Positions 1-10,939 of a stretch of DNA of 43,437 nt are shown in pieces. The position numbers and the translations under genes were made by a program. Each line of letters opens with the position of its first letter. Positions within the stretch are counted from its first letter, which is position 1. Under the pieces are notes generated by a model. That model was given only the letters and a program-made list of their open reading frames with translations, did not search any database and was not told the origin of the DNA. The stretch is from contig NC_068984.1 in the NCBI RefSeq assembly GCF_001194135.2, positions 118,935,777 through 118,979,213 on the forward strand. The letters run 5' to 3'. The DNA comes from Octopus bimaculoides (taxonomy: Eukaryota).

Positions 1-863
1 CATAAAAGTAATGTGGTAGATTACATGAGATTTATTTATTTATTTATTTATGAAATATAATATGTTTCTTTAAAAATCAACTCCTGCAGCTAGTTCTATT
101 AAATATGAACAATTGCTGGCAAATGGTGGAACAAGGAGTGCTATTGGTAATTTTGTGTAGCATACAAAGGAAAAAAAAAAAAAAGGAAAAAAGCACTAAT
201 AAAGATCCTATATATAGTTATGAATGTAACAAAATTGGAATGTGAAGATTCCCAGGAAATTACCTTGAGGTAGCAGTAGATGGATGGAGGGCGAAGTTAT
301 TGTGTGGTTAAGCGTAGGCGGAGGTGGTAGTGGTTGGAGGAGGGGGGGAGGACAACATTTTTGGCTCAGTTCTTAATGGGTGAGATAACATACAGAGAAA
401 ATGTTTCCTGAATGAAAGTGAAACAGAATTGGAAAGGATTATGATGTGGTTCTTATGCAAGCAAGATAGCCATCCGAATAACAAAATTTCAGTTACAATA
501 AGGCACTATTAAGTCCTTGTAATGGAAATATACTTTGCATATAAAACTGAAGGTTGTGTGCTCAAATCACATCTGGGGGGCATGAATGTAGGAAGACTGG
601 TTGGCTGGGGTGATGAATGGTCAGTGAAGTTGAATTTGACTGCATGCTGTTCCCAGCACTGGATTAACCATTGAGCAAAATAAACACATGCTTAGGGAAT
701 CAAAGGAAATCGGGTACCACAGAAATGGTAAATGGTTTACAGCACAAGAGAAATCACTTTAAACTTGCTAAAATACTAATCAGGATGCCTTATCTCTACT
801 TAGTATTGAAGCAGACATGTTACATAGGATTAATTTCAAGGGTTTGATCAAAGACTTGTCATT

Positions 864-898
<35 letters not shown>

Positions 899-1129
899 CG
901 CCCAGATAAATGGATGCAAGACCATTGGTCACTCTGTGACCAAGCATTAACTTTATTACTTTAATATTTTACTGCTTTATGCTTTAAAGTGTGCTTCTTT
1001 TTTGGATATATGATTCATTGATGATAATATAATATGTATATATATATATATACACACACACACACATACATACATGTGTCTGTGTCTGTGTGTGTGCATC
1101 TGTGCACGTGTGTGTGTCTAGGAGTGTAT

Positions 1130-1345
1130 GTTTGACCCTAGCATCACTGTCACTGCTTGATTACTGAAGTTGGTTTGTTTATATCCCTGTAACTCAGTGG
1201 TTCAGCAAAAGAATCTAGTAGAATAAGCACTAATCTTCAAAAAAAAGAAATAAGAAGTGGGATTGATTTGTTGGACTAAACCCTTCAAGGCTGTGTCGCA
1301 GCATGGCCACAGCCCAATGACTGTAACAAGTAAAACATGCAAAAG
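1130..1345 (+). mobile_element. SINE 3' tail module (family C here); similar pieces at ~16790-16920, ~24870-25080, ~25655-25850(-), ~30640-30752, ~41000-41190(-)
   Basis: Recurrent motif gtaact(c/t)ag(t/c)ggttc(a/g)gcaaaag...ataagtac...cagcatggccac...aatgactgaaacaagtaaaag seen at several places in the window. Confidence 0.6.
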
Positions 1346-1389
1346 ACAAAAGACAAAAGGTGATTTGTCAAAAAAATTTTAATTCCTAC

Positions 1390-1899
1390 CTCAATTGGTT
1401 CAGTGAATTCACAATCAAAACTTTTTTCTTCACCATCAAAAATCTTCGTTTCACAGAATTTGGACTTGATCTCCCCTTTCACAGTATGACAAGAATAATG
1501 ATCAAAATCACACATCTGCAATCTCATAATGTAATTTTTCAAATGCTTTTCTTCAACAAATATGGCAAATTTCTCGTTAAAAACTGGATTTTCAGTTTTA
1601 CGTTTAATTCTTGTCTGAACTTCAAGGTCAAGTTTATCAAATGAAAATGATTGAAGGTTTTTGTGCCGGTTGAAATTAAAAATGGATCGTTGGCTCCGAT
1701 AGAGGCGGATGCGTACATAGTTGTCAACTGGTAAAGAATTTGGGTCTGTTAAAATCAAATCATTTGCTTTAATGATTTTGATGGTTAGTTTTTTTAGGTC
1801 TGGTTCGTATTTCAGCTTATATGATAAACGGCCCACTTTTGTTGCTTTAGTTGAGCCGTTGACTGTAGTAGAAGATGGATCACTCTCATTTTCATCCAT
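1390..1899 (-). CDS. Internal exon (510 nt, phase 0/0) encoding the C2A domain of a synaptotagmin-family protein
   Basis: Translation MDENESDPSS...VGRLSYKLKYEPDLKKLTIKIIKANDL...DNYVRIRL...QTRIKRKTENPVFNEKF...MRLQMCDFDHYSCHTVKGEI...EPIE follows the synaptotagmin C2A pattern (GxLxFSLxY, KTxNPVFNExF, DFDxxSxHxxxGE). Acceptor ttcttacag|ATG at 1900/1899; donor GAG|gtagga at 1390/1389. No C2B exon seen, so it presumably lies left of the window. Confidence 0.85.
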
Positions 1900-1999
1900 C
1901 TGTAAGAATTCCATGGAGAAAAATCAATTACTTTAATATACAGAAAATAGCAACAAATAGTATTAGTGAGATTTAAGATGAAAACTGAGTATGAGAAGC

Positions 2000-2492
2000 A
2001 TCAGACATTGTGTGCAAGAGAGAAGACTGCATTGGTTTGGTCATGTGATGTGCATGGATGAGGACATCTGCATAAAGAAGTACTGAGCTCTATTTGTGGA
2101 GGGAGTTGACCCAGGAAGACATGGGATGAAGTGATAAGAAAAGATCTTTAGCTGCCGAGTCTCATGACAAGTGACTGGGAGATGTGGAAATTTGCTGTAC
2201 TTGATAAGACATGTCAAGTAAAATTGCCATCTTTCATACATACAGGCTTGTCCTTTCAGGTGCCAGTGCCACATAAAAATCACCCATGCTGGTGTCACAT
2301 GAACGCACCCATGCCAGTGGGGTGTAAACTCTGTTAAGTGGTTGGCATTAGGAAGGGCATTCAGCTGTAGAATCCATGCTACAACAGACAATTCGAATCT
2401 GGACAGCTCCCTGCTAGCCAACCCCATATCAAACTGTCCAGCCCATACCAGCATGGAAAGTGGACATGATATGATGATGATCATGATGAAAG
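2000..2492 (+). mobile_element. 5'-truncated RTE-clade LINE copy (ORF end plus 3' UTR ending in (TGA)n)
   Basis: tgtgtgcaagagagaagactgca(t/c)tggtttggtcatgtgatg is shared with 7161-7204 (CVQERRLHWFGHVM); followed by the same 3' UTR as 7400-7665. Confidence 0.75.
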
Positions 2493-2645
2493 ATAAATCA
2501 GAACAATATGACTTTTCTTGAGCCACACATCCCTTCACCATATATGATAAAAAAATATATACAGTACAGTACTATTTCTACTTTGTGGATTTTCACTTAT
2601 TGCAAGAGATTTGAGAACATAACACCCACAATAGTCAAGGGATTA

Positions 2646-2689
<44 letters not shown>

Positions 2690-3264
2690 NNNNNNNNNNN
2701 NNNNNNNNNNNNNNNNNNNNNNNNNNNNNNNNNNNNNNNNNNNNNNNNNNNNNNNNNNNNNNNNNNNNNNNNNNNNNNNNNNNNNNNNNNNNNNNNNNNN
2801 NNNNNNNNNNNNNNNNNNNNNNNNNNNNNNNNNNNNNNNNNNNNNNNNNNNNNNNNNNNNNNNNNNNNNNNNNNNNNNNNNNNNNNNNNNNNNNNNNNNN
2901 NNNNNNNNNNNNNNNNNNNNNNNNNNNNNNNNNNNNNNNNNNNNNNNNNNNNNNNNNNNNNNNNNNNNNNNNNNNNNNNNNNNNNNNNNNNNNNNNNNNN
3001 NNNNNNNNNNNNNNNNNNNNNNNNNNNNNNNNNNNNNNNNNNNNNNNNNNNNNNNNNNNNNNNNNNNNNNNNNNNNNNNNNNNNNNNNNNNNNNNNNNNN
3101 NNNNNNNNNNNNNNNNNNNNNNNNNNNNNNNNNNNNNNNNNNNNNNNNNNNNNNNNNNNNNNNNNNNNNNNNNNNNNNNNNNNNNNNNNNNNNNNNNNNN
3201 NNNNNNNNNNNNNNNNNNNNNNNNNNNNNNNNNNNNNNNNNNNNNNNNNNNNNNNNNNNNNNNN
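2690..3264. other. Assembly gap (N run) after a (TA)n tract
   Basis: N characters. Confidence 0.99.
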
Positions 3265-3384
3265 TTATAAACACTTATGAAATTTATGCATAAATATTTG
3301 CTTAAAATAACATATATTTTTACATTTATTTATTTAACAGTATTTAACAAATAGGTTTATTGTCAATTAAAAGATTTCGATTAA

Positions 3385-3495
3385 AAAACATATATAAAAT
3401 CAAATTGCCCATAAAAAGTATTTGCTGTCCATGGACCCCCTGTCTTGTCCTTATGGACCCCCTGTGGTCTGCGGACCACAGTTTGAAAACCCCTG
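3385..3495 (-). mobile_element. Terminus of a hAT/Charlie-like DNA transposon
   Basis: Minus strand reads CAGGGGTTTTCAAACTGTGGTCCGCAGACCACAGGGGGTCC, a Charlie-type terminus. Flanking 8-mer ctttagac resembles the NTCTAGAN target preference. The other end was not found. Confidence 0.5.
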
Positions 3496-3536
3496 CTTTA
3501 GACTATCCCCAGTTCTATGATACAAACTTCCTATTT

Positions 3537-3761
3537 CAACCCTTGAGCATTTAGACCAATTATATCCAGCCCAAATATTCTTCCTATTTTGTGCTGAAAT
3601 CAACCAGATCCAGCTTGTCATACCAACCCTACAATGTCATTCTAAAATTAAACAAACATCATCAAAATCTTGAAGCTATGTGATAATGCTTCATTAATTG
3701 AAAACCATGTGATAAATAAACATTACATTTGATAGAGTAATCTGAATACCAAAGGGTTCTA
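3537..3761 (+). mobile_element. piggyBac-like MITE (family G), degraded
   Basis: Similar along its length to 9839-10066 and, in reverse, to 13649-13877; ends ccctt.ag / ccaaaggg. Confidence 0.65.
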
Positions 3762-3821
3762 AATTAATTAAGTGATCTAAATTAAAACCCACAAATAAAA
3801 TTTCAGGTTAATTTATGTTCT

Positions 3822-4205
3822 GTTGTTGGCACTCCATCGCTTACGACATCGATGGTTCCAGTTGATCCGATCAACGGAACAGCCTGCTCGTGAAATTAAC
3901 GAGCAAGTGGCTGAGCACTCCACAGACACGTGTACCCTTAACGTAGTTCTCGGGGATATTCAGTGTGACACAGTGTGACAAGGCTGACCCTTTGAATTAC
4001 AGGCACAACAGAAACAGGAAGTAAGAGTGAGAGAATGTTGTGGTGGAAGAGTGCAGCAGGGTTCGCCACCATCCCCTGATGGAGCCTCATGGAGCTTTAG
4101 GTGTTTTCACTCAATAAACACTCACAACGCCCGGTCTGGCAATCGAAACCACGATCCTATGACCATGAGTCTGCTGCCCTAACCACTGGACCATTGTGCC
4201 TCCAC
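3822..4205 (-). mobile_element. Full-length tRNA-headed SINE (family A) with 12-bp target-site duplication
   Basis: Minus-strand head gtggaggcacaatggtccagtggttagggc...gtttcgattgcc has pol III A/B-box-like motifs. TSD AATTTATGTTCT at 3810-3821 and 4206-4217. Closely similar copy at 25863-26249. Confidence 0.85.
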
Positions 4206-4649
4206 AATTTATGTTCTAAATACCAGCTTAATAAGGACAAAGTTATTTTACTAAATTCTTCATTACTTTCAAAATTAATAGGAACAAAGCAGTGTATATA
4301 AACAGAAATATGGTAACGAATGGGTTAAAGGAAGAATTGCAGTGTTCATTATCCATTTCCAGGACTAGAGCTAGGGAAGAAAGGAAGAATTTATCCTCAT
4401 ACCCTGCAACAGAGAATTCTGTGCTAAACACAGCCAAACTGCAGGTGGTGGTATAAAGACAAGTGACAGATATGGTAGACTGTTGCCGATGTGGATACAA
4501 TGTAATACTGAAATTGTGTAAGGTGTCTTTTCTGCTGTTAGCCACACGGCTTAGAAAACAAATATTTTGTTGTAACTCAGCTGGTTCTTTTACTAACTGA
4601 AAGAGAGGTGTGTATCATCCGAGGCCATACAATACATTCACTTAAACTG

Positions 4650-5055
4650 ATTTCAAACTTTAGCACAAGGCCAGCAATTCCAAAGGATTGGGTAAGTCAA
4701 TTACATTGACCCCAGTGCTCAACTGGTACTTATTTTACCGACCCCAAAATAATGGAAGACAAAGTCAAACACAGCAAAATATGAACTCAGAACATAAAGA
4801 GGGACGAAATGCCACAAAGCATTTTTCCTGGTATTCTAACGATTCTGTCACCTTGCTACTTTACATTTACTTATATTGGTTTCAAATTTTGGCACAAGGG
4901 AAGGGGATAAGTCGATTACATTGACCCCAGTGCTCAACTGGTACTTATTTTATCAGCCCTGAAATGATGAAAGGAAAGTTGACCTTGGTGGAATTTAAAC
5001 TCCAGCTAAGAATTTTGCCCTGCTTGCTAATGATTCTGGCAGCTTGTCACCCTCA
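4650..5055 (-). mobile_element. Two tandem SINE copies (family F); another partial copy at ~5435-5560
   Basis: Repeated ...gtc(a/g)attacattgaccccagtgctcaactggtacttatttta...gaaag...tttgaactcag...; the most abundant family in the window. Confidence 0.7.
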
Positions 5056-5246
5056 TATTTACTTATATTAAAGCTTGAATTCAATAAATATGGACACTAA
5101 TTTGTCCCTTAGCATTAAAGTTTGTTATTCTATTCTTTTTCCATATTTACAACACTGGCCAATCCACTTTTGTCATTGGTCCTTATCTGAAGCAAATCTT
5201 TATTAACCTGAGAAAGGCATGTTTTTCTTCAACATAATAAGGCTCT

Positions 5247-5432
5247 NNNNNNNNNNNNNNNNNNNNNNNNNNNNNNNNNNNNNNNNNNNNNNNNNNNNNN
5301 NNNNNNNNNNNNNNNNNNNNNNNNNNNNNNNNNNNNNNNNNNNNNNNNNNNNNNNNNNNNNNNNNNNNNNNNNNNNNNNNNNNNNNNNNNNNNNNNNNNN
5401 NNNNNNNNNNNNNNNNNNNNNNNNNNNNNNNN
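5247..5432. other. Assembly gap
   Basis: N characters. Confidence 0.99.
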
Positions 5433-6306
5433 GAATACATTGACCCCCCCCCCTCCAATACTCTTATTTTATTGACCCTGAAAGGATGAAAGACAAAGTC
5501 AACCTTGGCAGAATTTGAATGCAAAACATAAAGCAGTCAGAAAGAAATACAGCTAACGATTTGGTCTAGAATTATTATCAAGGGAAATCATGAAAAGAAT
5601 TGACAAAACTGGCAACATGGCCACACTCCAACAACTAAAACAAATAATAGAGAAAAAAAATTAAAGACATCCCAAGAGCCACAGAAATACATTAAGCTAA
5701 TCCTAATTATGTAACAAAGTGCAGAGCATTGCAATCAACATTGACAAAAGATCTGGTACTTATTTCCCTACAACTCAGTGAACTAATTAATATACAATAA
5801 ATTGGGAATTTTTAGAGACACAATGAAACATCAAACAGTGGACAAGAACTATGACTCATAAACTGGTAGTACAGTTCCTCTTGCATTCAGATCTGTAGCT
5901 TTTAAGTAATAATTATATAGCGACATAATCAACCATACTGCACATCAGATTACAGCAGTGTTAGGTAAAGTGAATTCGCAATGCAGATTTAATTTTCTGT
6001 TGAGCCATTTCCCTTCAGCTATCATTACACCTGTAATTTTTAGATGTGATCAATAGTGTGAAAAGGTATGAGCTGTGTCAAGCTGACTTACCTTTGACAC
6101 GCTATATGAAGATAATGACTTTGGTGATGACTCATAGAATAGTTAGGAATTCAAAGACACTTTCATCTAAACTAGTCATAATTAAATTATAAATAATTAC
6201 ATATATTGTAATTTTATTAGGCTATTTTCATATTTATATGACTAAACAGAGATATATAAGAAACCTTTAAAAGTGAGTGTGTGTATTTGTATGTGTGAGT
6301 GTGTAT

Positions 6307-6381
<75 letters not shown>

Positions 6382-6700
6382 NNNNNNNNNNNNNNNNNNN
6401 NNNNNNNNNNNNNNNNNNNNNNNNNNNNNNNNNNNNNNNNNNNNNNNNNNNNNNNNNNNNNNNNNNNNNNNNNNNNNNNNNNNNNNNNNNNNNNNNNNNN
6501 NNNNNNNNNNNNNNNNNNNNNNNNNNNNNNNNNNNNNNNNNNNNNNNNNNNNNNNNNNNNNNNNNNNNNNNNNNNNNNNNNNNNNNNNNNNNNNNNNNNN
6601 NNNNNNNNNNNNNNNNNNNNNNNNNNNNNNNNNNNNNNNNNNNNNNNNNNNNNNNNNNNNNNNNNNNNNNNNNNNNNNNNNNNNNNNNNNNNNNNNNNNN
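6382..6700. other. Assembly gap inside a (TG)n/(TA)n tract
   Basis: N characters flanked by (TA)n. Confidence 0.99.
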
Positions 6701-6726
6701 TATATATATATATATATATATATATG

Positions 6727-7665
6727 AGGTTATCAGAGTTTTCATATGTGGAAGGTGCACAGGATCCATAAAAACCTTAGAGACTTATGAAATTGATTCT
6801 CTCAAATGTGCTGGTGGCTCATTAGAGGTATTAAATAATTTCTGCTTCTTGGGGAACCAAATTAGTAGTGGGAGAGGATGCACAGAGACTGTGATAAGAA
6901 TAGGGTGGGGGAAATTCAGAGAGCTGTTACCTCTGTTGAGCACAAAAGGTTTCTCTCTCTGAGTGAAAGGAAAATTGTATGATGCATGTATACGGGCAAT
7001 AATTCTACATGGTAGTGAGATGTGGGCTCTGAATGCAGAGGACTTGTGAAGGTTAGAAAGGAATGGGGCAACTATGCTTCGCTGGATGTGTAATGTAAGT
7101 GTACATGTTTGACAGTGCTAGTGTTCTGAGAGAGAAGTTAGTCATAAGAGGAATTAGTCGCTGTGTGCAAGAGAGAAGACTGCACTGGTTTGGTCATGTG
7201 ATGCAGATGGATGCCAACAGCTCCATAAAGAAGTGCCAATCTCTCAGAGTGGATGGAACACATGGAAATGGGAGACCCAGGAAGACATGGCATGAAGTAT
7301 TGAAGAACGACCTCAGGATGCTGAACCTTTCAGGTGAAATGACAAAAGACTGAGATGCCTGGTGCATTGCCATACTCAGGGAGACCTGTACTCCACAACA
7401 GGAGTGTTAAGACTGATCCTTCTGGCGATGTAAAGCTCTCATGGTGGTGCCATATAAAAGCACCGGTGCGGTAGCACATAAAAGCACCCATGCAGTGACG
7501 CGTAAAAGCGTCTGTGTGGGACCACATGAAAGCACCTGTGCAGTGCCATATAAAAGTGCCCCCTGTGGTACCATGTAAAAGCACCCAGCACACTCTGTAA
7601 AATGGTTGGCATTAGAAGGGCATCCAGCTGTAGAAACCGTGTCAAATCAGACTGGAGTTTTAATT
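6727..7665 (+). mobile_element. 5'-truncated RTE-clade LINE: decayed C-terminal ORF plus 3' UTR
   Basis: Frames give FICGRCTGSI...FCFLGNQISSGRGC...IRIGWGKFRELLPLL...KGKLYDAC...LHGSEMW...RCVQERRLHWFGHVMQM...GRPRKTW, typical of RTE reverse transcriptase C-termini, with in-frame stops and frameshifts. Confidence 0.85.
7447..7587 (+). repeat. 24-bp minisatellite, ~6 units (consensus about gtgccacataaaagcacccgtgcg), within the RTE 3' UTR
   Basis: Units start at 7447, 7471, 7495, 7519, 7543 and 7568. Confidence 0.85.
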
Positions 7666-7872
7666 GCACCTCATTAATAATTTGAAGCAGTGAAAATGTA
7701 TATAAATCTGGTAAATGGTCGTAGTTTCTGTGTTGTTTTGCAGAACCTCATATCTTTTACACACTATACACATATAACTGTTGCCATCATTCTGTGAAAA
7801 TTTTGTTTAATTCCAATAAGTAGGTTTTAAATAAAATTTTAAAATGTTACATCATTAATAATTTGAAATGCA

Positions 7873-7930
<58 letters not shown>

Positions 7931-7934
7931 TTCT

Positions 7935-8125
7935 CATCATCATTTAGCACCTGCTTTCCATGCTGGCATGGGTTGGGCAGTCTGATAGGAGCTGGCAAGT
8001 CAGAGGACTGCTTTGGAATTGTTTCTATGGCTGGATGTCCTTCCTAACTCCCACCACTTTACAGAGTGGTTTTCATGAGGCACCAGCACCAACGACATCA
8101 CAAAGTATCTTGCAAAACAAGATCC
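7935..8125 (-). mobile_element. RTE 3'-UTR-derived short element (family D)
   Basis: catcattt...ctttccatgctggcatgggttgg...ctggatg.ccttcctaac..caccactttacagagtg is the reverse complement of the 7590-7665 and 2320-2490 tail. Confidence 0.65.
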
Positions 8126-9224
8126 TCTTCAAATGAGGGGTAGTAATACTAAGGGAGGTGGTTTTGTACCAAGTGAGGAGACATTAGATCAGTGCATTTC
8201 AACTGGGGTCCACATGGCCCTTGGGAGCCCATATAAAATTTTGTTGTTAAAATTTATGTGGAATAAATTGGTTATACTTCTGCAATATGCAAAATATTTT
8301 TTCCAAGTTTAAAGATATCAAATGGTTTTGAGGATCCATCCGAATGAAACAGGAATCAAGGGAGTACATAGGAAACAATGGTTGAGAAACACTGAGTTTA
8401 GAGTATGATAGATGGACAGGAACAGGTGTCTTACAGTAGAGGAGATGCATGGCTACCCTTGTTGGAAAAAGAGTGTGGAGAAAGAGGGAGAGGAGATGTG
8501 TTAGGGCATATCCTTAAGTTTCAGGGACAGGTATACAAGTGAAGTGATATTGAGGGTGGGATTGGGTCGGCAAGTTCATGAAAGTGCAAAAGAAGAGTGA
8601 GAGATAGAGAGGAGAGGAATGCAGAGTGTAATGAACACAGGTGGAGAGACAGAGAGAGTAATGGTGTTTAAAATGAGTTGTGGAAGAGAGATTTGTTAGG
8701 TTCAGATTTTGTGCAGGGTTGTAGACATAAGTAATTATGTTTATAACCTAGAAGTAACCATCTAGGAGTGATCAGTTTCACTGATTTCAAGAAAAATGGG
8801 ACCCAAACTCTCAGAGTTGAATTTAGCCAAAAAGCTATTGAAACACTTGTCAATTATACAGTGTTCCTACCTATGGTGCCGAGTTGCTTGTATCCTGTTA
8901 TACCTATTTACATCTCTACACAACAGACTGGTCCAGACACAATGCAATATCAGAGACAACATGCAAATTGCTGGCCTCTTGGTTAGTTGTATGGAAAAAG
9001 CCATGTAGTGTTGTTATTAGTTTAAAAAGAAATAATGAGGGCAAAATATATAAATTGATACAAACTCATTCTTGCATAATAAAACGCAGCAATAAATACA
9101 GCCATTTGGTTCCATTGCAAGCAGCAAAGGGAAACGAAATTTGGACCTCATTTTTACAAATGTTGTGTCATAACTAAACATATTAAATATGAAAGAAAAA
9201 TACAAGAAAGTTATATAAACTTAC

Positions 9225-9441
9225 CATTTTTCAAAAACTTCTTGTTAAAAGGACAAAATCTGAATAATGGACAGATCGGAGTTATAGAACAGACAACAAT
9301 GGTGATGACAATTACGAAGAATAAAATCATTCCAGCGATTATATCAAGTTTTGTCCAGATATCAAGTTCAATTATGTAACTTGGGGAAATTGTTTGTGTT
9401 GACATTTTCAAGTTACTTAATTCTGTTGTATTAGTGTCAAC
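9225..9441 (-). CDS. Exon encoding the luminal N-terminus and single transmembrane helix of the synaptotagmin-family protein (candidate ATG at 9405)
   Basis: Acceptor tttttacag|GTT at 9442/9441; consensus donor AATG|gtaagt at 9225/9224 (phase 1). Protein VDTNTTELSNLKMST...IIAGMILFFVIVITIVVCSITPICPLFRFCPFNKKFLKN has a hydrophobic helix, then Cys cluster and basic residues, as in synaptotagmin N-termini. Linkage to the C2A exon is inferred from strand and order. Confidence 0.7.
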
Positions 9442-9532
9442 CTGTAAAAATATCAAAAAAAAATTTTAATTTAAGTAAATTATCATATAGTAGTAGTGGT
9501 GGTGGTGGTGGTGGGGGCGTCGTCGATGGTGG

Positions 9533-9732
9533 TGGCTGAAACTGCCTCTGGCTCTGTAGTACAAATGTCTTGTTTTTTCATAAGTTTTGAATTAAAATCT
9601 TCCATCAAGCCTTAGTCACAATTTATGTTCCCAACATCAGCTTAATGATAACTAAGTTACTCTACTAAATTCTTCGTTATATTTAAAATTAATTGAAAGA
9701 AGCACAAATAAATATGGTAACAAAAGGATTAA
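9533..9732 (-). mobile_element. piggyBac-like MITE (family H), partial
   Basis: Reverse-complement similarity to 42062-42275; ends ggtaacaaaagga|TTAA. Confidence 0.6.
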
Positions 9733-9838
9733 TTCATTTGATCTCAGTTGTGATAGACAGTGTATTGAAATGTCATTAACAACCTTGTCTTTGGCACCTT
9801 TACTTGGACAGTCCAGGGCTATATAGAGATGTTGTCCC

Positions 9839-10066
9839 TTAACATCTTAGCATTTAAACTAGTCATATCTGGCCCAAATATTCTACCTGTTTTAGTTTCA
9901 AACTGCTCAGATATGGCCTCTTACACCTATCATACAATGTCATTCTAAAAATAAGCAATCACATTATTGAAATCTTGAAGCCATGAGATAATGCATGATT
10001 ATTTCAAAACTATGTGAATAAATAAGCATTATGCTTGACAGAGTAATCTGAATGCTAATGGATTAA
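9839..10066 (+). mobile_element. piggyBac-like MITE (family G)
   Basis: TTAA at both ends (9839-9842, 10063-10066), degenerate TIRs ...ttagcatt / aatgctaa..., similar to 13649-13877. Confidence 0.7.
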
Positions 10067-10384
10067 CTGGTCAGTGGCCATATGTGGCCATGATAAATAA
10101 CTGCAAGAATTTATACCACTCAAACCTGGCTACAGAATTTGATAATGGCAGTTCTCTCAACAACAGCTACTGTCGTTATTGACAACTCTCATGAACTGCT
10201 TCACTTAGTGCAAATATCTCTTTTCTTTTGTTCATTATAATGACAATATATTTTTGTTAACGGATAACACTGTGCAACATGATTTTTGTCCTTGGGTAGC
10301 AGCTGTTATTTTCGTATTTGTTTACTCATAGAAAGTATGAAAAACGGCTAATATTTCCTTCAAATTTTGCTTTTGTTACGTTTA

Positions 10385-10560
10385 TTCTAACCCCAAAGAA
10401 TCCCTTTCAGCACATGACTATGACGCTTCCACCCCACCACTGCTCCTGTTTATGATCAGAGATGCACATATTCTCAGCCACTAAGGGACATACTCAAGTG
10501 GTTATAGTCAAGAAAATAACAGGTAATTTGGGGCATTGAACAGAATATTTGCTAAAACAA
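10385..10560 (+). mobile_element. Partial copy of repeat family J
   Basis: tgatcagagatgcacatat..tcagccactaagggacat.ctcaa.tggtta is the reverse complement of 17245-17295. Confidence 0.65.
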
Positions 10561-10939
10561 TATTTCTGCTTCAGTAACTCAGTGCTGAATCTGTCTGAAA
10601 TATAATGGAAAATAGATCGGTTTCAAAACATTGATGTGCAAGTCACAAAAGCAAAGTTGGAAGGGAATAGTAGTCTTTTCATTTGATTTCTATATAGAAG
10701 CAAATAGGAAATAACACTTACTGACCAATGACAAAATATTGTTACACAGTTGTAATAACTATTTTGTATCTGGAACTTCATACAGACTTTTATTCTCCCA
10801 CCTTTCAACCAAACCAAAATATTCTACTGTTACATACTTCATTTTGACTAAGTCATGGACAGCCAGAAACAATATGGTTGACTGTTACTTCACAGATTCC
10901 ACATACTTTGTAGATATTTTTCATAGTTTCATACCTACA

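Larger units (their letters stand above)
3503..4328 (-). mobile_element. TTAA-ended MITE (family H variant) interrupted by a second MITE and a SINE
   Basis: Pieces 3503-3536, 3762-3820 and 4206-4328 join into a sequence similar to 9533-9732 and 42062-42291; right end ggtaacgaatggg|TTAA. Confidence 0.6.

Noticed and set aside
1285-1914. 209-aa ORF as a complete single-exon gene
   Set aside because: Its first 5 and last ~34 codons lie outside good splice sites at 1899 and 1390, and the C-terminal part runs into SINE sequence.
2508-3293. Long ORFs made of X residues (also 6242-6962, 11930-13078, 18110-18587, 32373-33366)
   Set aside because: Artefacts of N gaps and flanking dinucleotide repeats.
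4243-4545. 100-aa ORF as the missing synaptotagmin linker exon
   Set aside because: Its end lies inside a MITE, there is no suitable phase 1-to-0 splice pair, and it has no recognisable similarity.
7447-7587. CRISPR-like array
   Set aside because: Units are contiguous and degenerate with no unique spacers, they sit in a LINE 3' UTR, and no cas genes are present in this eukaryotic context.
7671-7867. 16-bp direct repeat tcattaataatttgaa (7671-7686, 7852-7867) as the TSD of a new element
   Set aside because: AT-rich, and the enclosed sequence shows no element features and no other copy in the window.
10719-10817. Upstream synaptotagmin coding exon ending at a CA|gtaagt donor
   Set aside because: In phase with the TM exon, but the peptide has no synaptotagmin-like character and no acceptor or start context supports it.
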